Below are positions 11,696 through 19,017 of a stretch of DNA of 19,017 nt, piece by piece (position 1 is the stretch's first letter; every line of letters begins with the position of its first letter). Under the pieces are notes generated by a model that had not been told where the DNA came from, did not search any database, and saw only the letters and a list, made by a program, of their open reading frames with translations. The translations under genes were made by a program, and so were the position numbers. This DNA comes from Ginkgo biloba (lineage: Eukaryota; Plantae; Ginkgophyta), in the NCBI GenBank assembly GCA_024626585.2, contig JANKJI020000002.1, positions 7,662,443 through 7,681,459 on the forward strand, given 5' to 3'.

Positions 11696-13021
11696 CATCC
11701 ACAAGGACTTAAAATGAAGAAGAGAGAACCTCTGAAAAGGGCAAAAGACGAGAGAACTGAACAATTCTGATTTTGTACTGATGTTATTTTACTGCAAAGA
11801 GTAATGGTCCAGGAAGCTTAAGTGAATCAGTCAGAAAAAATGCATTTCGATAGAAGGCAACAATAAGATGCCTTTGGATGGACCTTGTACTAATGTAAAC
11901 TCTGAAAGCCGCAATAGAAATCTGGGGTAAGTGCAACAATTTATATATTAATATATTATGGTCTGCAACACAAAAAAATAATTTGAAGTGTGGTCAGATA
12001 ATCACTCGCAAATCTTAAGATTGCAGGGTATATCATGGAAAATCAAACTTTGGTTCTCACCAACACTCCCCAATAAAATAAAAAGGAATTGGCTTTGCTA
12101 GTTAAGTTGTAATAAGAAATCTTCAATTTCTCATGCTACCCATACATGATTTTACTGGCAGAAGACACACGAGGAGTTTTGAATAAATGTGAACAATGTG
12201 TGCATGAATTTTCAGCATTGGATAAACAATTACCATAACAGAGATCAATGTTCAACTAGAACAAAGCAGGTTTGGTCCAGTAGTTAGCAAGTAACACCTG
12301 GAAAAGGTAGTCACACCTTCAATTACTGCAGAATCACATCCAGACATGCACATATGCCCTAACAACACGAGCAGATGTCCATGTGTGAATTGGGACTCTA
12401 TCGTTTTGGGGGGGCTGAGCTGAATGCAAGGCCCTTCTACACAGCTCCTGCAAACGCCCCTATGTTTGCTAGCAAATGCAAATGAACAGAACAAAGAAAA
12501 ATCTTTCAGAACACTGAACAGAAGAAGGGGTGGAAGTTTTAGGATATGGAAGTCAAGTGAGGCATGGAGAAAATAAGCATGAGCCAGATTATCATTTGTT
12601 CCATTCACACCTTTTTATGCTGTACCAATACAGGCACACATATATATGCCTATATGAATTCAAAAGAAAAGGAGAACCAAACCAAATTATTAGATTCTGA
12701 GAGTCACACAGATTGTTTTTATATCCTATAATCACCACCAAGTCATGCTTGAAAAGCATTCTCTGCCTCAGAGCATCTGCAACAGCAACCAGTTAAAACA
12801 AAAATATTCAACAGAGANNNNNNNNNNNNNNNNNNNNNNNNNNNNTGGCTAAGCTCATTTAAGAGGTCTGCATTTCACATGCTTCCCTTGTTAAAATTGC
12901 ATGTAACTTCAATTCATTCGATTGCTTCAATCATTTCAGGCACAAAACAATCCAGTAAAAATACAGAAATCAAATACAGGGGGTTTTGGTCCCATAGAGA
13001 GAAGGGTTCAATCACCTTCAC

Positions 13022-13041
13022 AGAGAGAGAGAGAGAGAGAG
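13022..13041 (+). repeat. (AG)10 microsatellite
   Basis: Read directly. Confidence 0.95.
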
Positions 13042-13997
13042 ATCACTTCTGCACACAAGCCTTAACATTTTAAAAGAGTAATTAAGATCATTTAAGGAAA
13101 TGCCAATATCATCCTATTACATACTTTCCAAGCTTAAGAACTATTTAACTACTACTTTAAACAGGATTTTGTAGCTATCACGTCTATACACAGTTTTGTA
13201 TCGTATTTTGATTGTCAAATTGTAAGATGTTCAGATGCTTAATCACTTAGCATCCCAACTCCAATTCATACAATGGGCCTATGTGCCAACTGTTCATACA
13301 AAAGGCCAGTCTTGATTGTCCGTCTTGTTGGTCATCTGTATCCATTGTCTTACAGCAGAGTTCATCAAAGATGACATGGCCATAAGGCGATGTGTCCAAG
13401 TATATGTTGGGATAAGGCCATGAGACTCAAATGACTTTGGACAACATATGTTTACTATGCATTAAGCATTTTGATAGGATCAAATCCTCTACAGAAGTTG
13501 AATGATTAATGCAATTACACCATAAAGAAGAAAGAAAAAGTTGCATACCAAGAACATCATGAATAAAAGATTGCTTTGAATTGCCACTTGTGAATATGTC
13601 CATACATTATCCAGGAGTGGGAAAAAATGGCATTCCTCCTCAACACCCACAAAAGCGACTAAAGTAGACAAGAAACCATTCTTAGGAGATTGAATCCTTC
13701 CAAGGAATCTAACCTAGCTACAAGGCATGGAGACATAACAGGTCAAGGTGTTTGGGCATATGTAAACGGAACAAAAAACAAACTACAAAATTGATTATGC
13801 CTTGTGAATTTAATGGGCCTGCATACATCAAGCTGCCAACATTAAGCAGGAAGAGGGTGAATGAAAAATCATAAAGGAAATAAGATGTCAATACTAGCAA
13901 TGACAAAAGCGGAGAGCAGGTGAGTTCTGCTTTGCGAGTGGACTTAAACAACCCCCACAGACCAAAGATATAGTTTTCGAACTGTAGACTAATCCTG

Positions 13998-14403
13998 TCA
14001 GCTGTGTTCTTTGTGTCTTTCTGTTGAGAAAAGGGATTTCAACCACCTCTTCCAAGGAGTATCTTCTTGCTGTTCAAACCACGAAAGGAAAGCACTATCT
14101 AGCAAAAAAAAGAAATTAACATAAAGAANNNNNNNNNNNNNNNNNNNNNNNNNNNNNNNNNNNNNNNNNNNNNNNNNNNNNNNGGCCCCTTCTGTCATAA
14201 ATGCTGGCAGAAAATCTCTTTTGACATCCTCCTTGACCTGGTCAAAGCTCTTCCCTGCCGAAAAACCCATGTATGTGAAAAATGCAAACAGATGCACAGG
14301 TCCAAAAAGCAGGCTATCTGCAGCCAATTTAGTAGCGACAAACTGCAAAGAATTGGGCCGCAATCGAAGCCGAGTTTTTGTAACATGCTCCAAGCCTTCA
14401 TAC
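13998..14403 (-). CDS. MPV17: Terminal coding exon of an Mpv17/PMP22 family membrane protein (MPV17/Sym1-like); 5' exons not seen in window
   Basis: Translation YEGLEHVTKTRLRLRPNSLQFVATKLAADSLLFGPVHLFAFFTYMGFSAGKSFDQVKEDVKRDFLPAFMTEGA...LYVNFFFLLDSAFLSWFEQQEDTPWKRWL matches the recalled plant Mpv17/PMP22 C-terminal half (WYEGLD..FVATK..D..FGP..FFTYMG..GK..VKED.KRDFLP..LYVN.F.L.DSAFLSW). Acceptor TTTGTAG|G-TAT-GAA (AG at 14405-14404) would complete a split TG|G Trp codon. Stop TGA at 14000-13998. No in-frame stops in the visible part; 55 N inside. Confidence 0.93.
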
Positions 14404-14919
14404 CTACAAAGCCNNNNNNNNNNNNNNNNNNNNNNNNNNNNAACAGTGGAAAAAAATACAGCTGATATGATTCTTGTGATTGTAACCATTTGTTCTCCCC
14501 TCAAGTATAGCCAACCTATAGGCTTGGAAATAAAAGATAATTCACTCCAATGACAGGGATAGCTTTGACCATAAATGGCAAACCATACTACGGTGAATGC
14601 TCACGTGTGACTACATTAAATGTCGCATTGTAGAGTACACCATATGACTCATCTGCTGCCTGTTAGTGATATCTACTTAATGTAAATGGCTGAAAAGAAA
14701 ATATAAATACAATTAAAAAAACATTGTGTTCATTTGTTTTATCTTGTTTTGACTAGTCACGCCATTTAAATTTCTCTTCTAGTGGTCTGTTTCACCACTG
14801 TCATATAGATATCGACTGTTTGTTCAACCATGCTCACAACATTGCCATTACATGTTATTCTAAAGCAGACAAGTGTATTTTACCAAAAAACTACTTATAA
14901 TTGTAGTAATTTCTACAAC

Positions 14920-15370
14920 CCTCGTCCTTACATCCTTGCTACTAGTTGTCCAGTTTTCAGTCACGATTCTTAACGTAATTGGTACTCTTGGAATTCTGCC
15001 TTCACTGGAGATCCACCCTCATTCCATCGGTTATTTTTCGTTCTACAAATTATTGTCTCCTCCCATATTTCTTCCATCTGGTTGTACACAGTGCATTGGA
15101 TCAGTTCTTGCATCCTTTAGATTGTTGGCATCAACCACGCATAACTTCGTTGACCCGTCTATCTTGGAAAAATCTGTCTGCTGACTATCATCAAACCTGC
15201 CGTGCTCTATGTTTGTCCTCACCATCTGCGCATTCATTCTGATCAAGCGTCCCTTGCATCTATTAACCCTCATCCCGTTTGCCACCATGTTGATCAACGG
15301 TGTTCATGGTCATTCAACTGAGTCATAGATCACATCCCTCCCAAACTCCTATTCCAGAAGATCCTACAAG
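14920..15370 (-). mobile_element. Possible decayed 3' part of an RTE-like non-LTR retrotransposon
   Basis: GC-richer island. Frame-hopping fragments VIYDSVE*P, RSYAWLMPTI*RMQE and RTKNNRWNE fall in the order of the RTE C-terminal motifs (LYGSE.W, RLRW.GH..RM, RGRP..RW). Weak. Confidence 0.3.
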
Positions 15371-16346
15371 ATTATTTGTTTTTCACAATGCACGTCTGGT
15401 ATCTTCTGTAATGTAGAAGTTCAAAAAGACACGAAAGAAAGTGCAACCAATGCAATCCTTGGGAGGAGAAACTGTAGCAATCTACGAGGCAACAACACCC
15501 AATGATTGCTCTCTTCTATTCCATTGTGTAGTTCAAGCTGATAGTAGAAAGAATTTCTTTCTGAGATAAAACATGAGTAAAATATAAAATATTAATTTCA
15601 AACCCCAAAGCATTAGCCCCATCACATAAGACACCTTAGTGACCTTCTCCCTTTTATTAGTGGTGTCCCTTGTGTTTAGTTCTTTGGAAACTTAGATCTT
15701 GGTCCTGTTGTCCAATAAGAGTTTTCCCTTTCGGTTAAACCAGGGTTGATTCACATTGGATGCTCTTCCTTTCTACACTAAGGTCTTAGACCTTTTAATA
15801 TTCAAACTTTTCTTTTCACTAAATCGCCAATATACATTGTCACACAACTTTGTGGGATTGTAGAAAAGAATGAAATCCTGCAAGATAAATGATAACAACT
15901 ATATACACTACCTAGTAAAGATAAACAACGAGAATAATGTTTCAAGCAGGATGGATGAGTTAAGATCAATGGTAAGAAACTTATTCGACCACAGACATAT
16001 TGGAACCTTGGAAGAGAAGTATTTTACCACTAAAACTGTGCCTTTAGAAGGCAGTCTTGGGAGAAATGAAAGATTTCATAAGGATTTCACAAGAAAAAAC
16101 AATTTATTACAAAAGTCAATTTAGCTTCATTAATTGCGCAATGCTGATAAGAAGTTATAGAAGTTAAAATTATGCAACTTCATTTGAACAATACTTGGCC
16201 AAATAGAGACACACCCCATAAAACAGTCAACAAGCAGAAGTTATTCCATNNNNNNNNNNNNNNNNNNNNNNNNNNNNNNNNNNNNNNNNNNNNNNNNNNN
16301 NNNNNNNNNNNNNNNNNNNNNNNNNNNNCGAGAATAAATATGATTC

Positions 16347-16368
16347 AAAAAAAAAAAAAAAAAAAAAA
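16347..16368 (+). repeat. A22 tract preceded by AATAAA (16333-16338)
   Basis: Read directly. Confidence 0.9.
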
Positions 16369-16389
16369 CTATTTTAAAGAGCCTCTACA

Positions 16390-17030
16390 AGAAGTCTGAA
16401 ATGTTAGAATTTGATGCTTAGAACAATTGCCTTTTGCATCATAATTAGTTATGTTGTCATCATTTCTAATGTATGATCAAACAACTCTTTATTGGAATGG
16501 AATACCTTCATAGGGGCCTTGGTGTTACTACATCTTTTGCAGGTATAATTCTTCCATCTTCATGTGGCTTAATTTGGATTTGTGGTGATTTTGGGGCATT
16601 GCCTAAATGACCCAAATAGTGTCATCCAGAAACATTTCCACACAATTTTCCATTTCATTTGGAGCCTACAAGGTGTTGTAAGAATGTTATGACAAGACCA
16701 CTGAGTTTTCTTAGTGTAGGGTGTTGATGCTGAGAATTTTCCTATTGTATTTGGACCTACAATGGTGTGGATTACACCCTTGTTTTTGATCAAGGGTTTC
16801 CCTATTGGGTTCTCATGTTTGTTGATTTTGGTGTCTCCTTTTGTAAGGTTTGTGTGGTCTAGTTCCGACACTTATGGTAGTATTTGAATTGATTTTGATT
16901 CACAGTTTTATTGTCTTGCCTGAAAACTTTTATGAATTTTGCCAGGTAATTCTTTTTTAGTAGTCATTTCCACTAATTTGTTAGCCACGTATATCATTGG
17001 TTGTTTCCCATCTTGTTTTGTTTTATTGAT
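16390..17030 (-). mobile_element. Degenerate L1-clade LINE reverse transcriptase remnant
   Basis: Ordered motifs LPGKIHKS, KQGCNP (~16785-16768, cf. RQGCPLSP), APNEMENCVEMFLDDTIWVI*AMPQN (MFLDDT at 16635-16618, cf. FADDT), HHKSKL (cf. NWHKS), GIPF and KELFDHTL. QG-to-DD spacing is about 50 codons, as in L1 RT. Confidence 0.6.
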
Positions 17031-17532
17031 TACTACATCTTTTCTTTGTGTCTTCTAACAATTCGTCAAGGAATTATCTATGGCTTATCATTTGCCTTTA
17101 TAATCTTCTATATAAGCAATTATTTTTTTCTTCTTAATGTATTCCTTCTACCTCATGTTGTTGGTCAGCTTATTAGTCGTCTACAACTGACAAACATTAT
17201 ATGAGGGTGGATTGTACAAGTGATTTCAAAACTTTGACATGGNNNNNNNNNNNNNNNNNNNNNNNNNNNNNNNNNNNNNNNNNNNNNNNNNNNNNNNNNN
17301 NNNNNNNNNNNNNNGCATCTCAAGAATCAATAGCATGCCATAAGCGAAAGAACATAATAGGAATAATAATAATCACATAATAATTGATAATTATGAAAAG
17401 AGGCAACATTATCAGAAAGGATATGATTGTAGGTATATGTATACCTTACGTATAACATTGTATCACAAATTTGAAATTATCAATTATAGTATGTCTTTAG
17501 ACTTGGCACTTTAAAGTGTTCCAGAGGGTGGT

Positions 17533-18411
17533 TGTTAAGCATGTTATTGCCTAACGGGTGTACAATGTAACCCTATTCAGATTATATATCATATGCATCA
17601 CATGCACATCTCATTCACATATATAAGACACTATACACATATTTGTGGAAAACCATCCATCCCTTATATTATATATTCAGAGAGTACAAGGCATGAGTAC
17701 ATACATCCATTACATCATAATACAACCTTAGATTCTACTACTTCATCCTATCCTATGTCTGATATATATACAAAGTGCAGACGGTTTGATAACCGTCGCG
17801 ACAGTTACATTCTACCAACCAAGTCGGANNNNNNNNNNNNNNNNNNNNNNNNNNNNNNNNNNNNNNNNNNNNNNNNNNNNNNNNNNNNNNNNNNNNNNNN
17901 NNNNNNNNNNNNNNNNNNNNNNNNNNNNTGCTTTATCAAAGAACCCCCGTTCTCTGTTTATGTGCTCCTCAATTGTCTCGTGTCTTCTTTGTATTTTGTC
18001 CCACACCTGCGCAGAGGGAGTGTCGGATGAGGTTGGCTGAAAAGATTCAAAGAGTGCAAGGCATGAGTACATACATCCATTACATCATAATACAACCTTT
18101 GATTCTACTACTTCATCCTATCCTATGTCTGATATATATACAGAGTGAAGACGGTTAGATAACCGTCGCAACAGTTACATTATACCGACCAAGTCGGAGN
18201 NNNNNNNNNNNNNNNNNNNNGGTGAACGACTTCGACTGTTGTCGATGAGATGATGTCGGCAGACTGATGCCGAGATTCCCCAACGGCATCGGTGAAGAAC
18301 TAGAGAGGTCTACCCCGACCTTTGTCGGTGTAGACTCGCGAGCGTTATCCTTTGTCGGCATCAGTGTTGGTGAATGCTCCATGTCGGTTTCGGTCTGAAC
18401 CCTTTCCAACA
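17533..18411 (-). mobile_element. LTR-like element (solo LTR with internal duplication, or deleted element with two LTR parts); boundaries tentative
   Basis: Minus strand begins TGTTGGAAAG (18411) and can end ..TTAACA (17533), giving TGTT..AACA termini. TATATATA at 18133-18140 and 17763-17770. CpG-rich U3-like segment. No TSD or PBS found. Confidence 0.6.
17675..18198. repeat. Direct repeat of at least 154 bp (17675-17828 and 18045-18198)
   Basis: Ungapped, offset 370, 9 mismatches in 154 bp. Both copies run into N. Confidence 0.97.
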
Positions 18412-18874
18412 TGCGTTGGTTTCCTCGTCCAACTGTGGCCTTCTAGAACAAAATGCACATTATCTAGCTTCCACAATTATATCCGCATATTCATCCATGA
18501 ACACAATAATTCAACCCTTAACCAAGTTATGAACCCAATCAACTTCATAGCAATAGAACTCGCCTTTACTCTCTAAGCATACTCTTGATTTAGCCTATAA
18601 TGTATTGTCCAATAAACGTCATGCCAAAAGAATTCTTGCATCTACCAAGTGGCTTCTTGTACATAATCGCATGCTCCATGATCCAATAATGCATTGCTTG
18701 CAAACGTGTTAAATACTTCGCCTTTGGTAGTGTTAGGTAGCTAACTTTTTGGAATACGGTGCCCTGAGGAGGCCATTAGGTTGTTGAGGTGGTACCAGTG
18801 CAGACCTTAGGTAAAAAAGAAGTATAGGTAATAAAACAATCCATAGGGCAACATACAGTTTGAATGCATAAAGT

Positions 18875-18940
18875 AAGCAGTCTGCATGCATGAAATTGGA
18901 GGTCTGCATGCATGAAATAAGCAGTTTACATGCATAAGAT
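18875..18940. repeat. 3 x 22-bp tandem repeat containing RY motifs (CATGCATG/CATGCA)
   Basis: AAGCAGTCTGCATGCATGAAAT / TGGAGGTCTGCATGCATGAAAT / AAGCAGTTTACATGCATAAGAT. Confidence 0.85.
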
Positions 18941-19017
18941 TAGAAAATAGCATGCAGTCAGAAATTACAAATAACTATGTCCACTGTTATAAAGGGAAGT
19001 TCAGAGAGGAGAAATGC

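Larger units (their letters stand above)
14404..19017 (-). other. Long intron (at least 4.6 kb, runs off window) of the Mpv17/PMP22 gene, containing TE remnants
   Basis: Starts at the AG acceptor. No GFVGPVGH.W-like upstream exon found on the minus strand in visible sequence, although N runs could hide one. Confidence 0.7.

Noticed and set aside
12252-12608. 118-aa minus-strand ORF
   Set aside because: Non-ATG start, no recognisable domain, UTR-like composition.
13917-13925. Perfect CAG|GTGAGT donor on the plus strand, antisense to the 3' UTR
   Set aside because: A single 9-mer with no supporting plus-strand exon; plausible by chance.
14404-14504. N-terminal part of ORF 13998..14504 (MRGEQMVTITRII...)
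   Set aside because: Lies upstream of the splice acceptor and has no Mpv17 similarity; intronic read-through.
14602-14607. Single G-box CACGTG
   Set aside because: Isolated hexamer expected by chance.
15870-16124. 84-aa plus-strand ORF
   Set aside because: No recognisable motif or splice context; probably TE-derived or random.
18420-18780. Coding-like decayed sequence beside the LTR
   Set aside because: All minus-strand frames have stops and I could not assign a family on either strand.

Overview
Eukaryotic, AT-rich plant nuclear DNA with many N runs. The long TE-filled intron and the retroelement types suggest a large-genome seed plant such as a gymnosperm (inference only). The only host gene sequence I can support is the terminal coding exon of an Mpv17/PMP22-family membrane protein on the minus strand (14403..13998). 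Its upstream exons are not visible in the 4.6 kb that precede it. Positions 1-11700 are a nest of decayed Ty3/gypsy LTR-retrotransposon fragments: gag, a near-complete Athila/Tat-type RT-RNaseH-integrase with a separated protease, a chromovirus-type RT and a second integrase, plus tandem repeats. The intron holds LINE remnants and a younger, CpG-rich LTR-like element carrying a cluster of TGTCGG/CCGAC motifs. I found no convincing novel multi-gene system. The best leads are regulatory or structural: the intronic LTR motif cluster, an RY-box tandem repeat, a minus-strand foldback downstream of the gene and a possible orphan exon. All protein similarities come from manual translation and recalled family consensus, not database searches.
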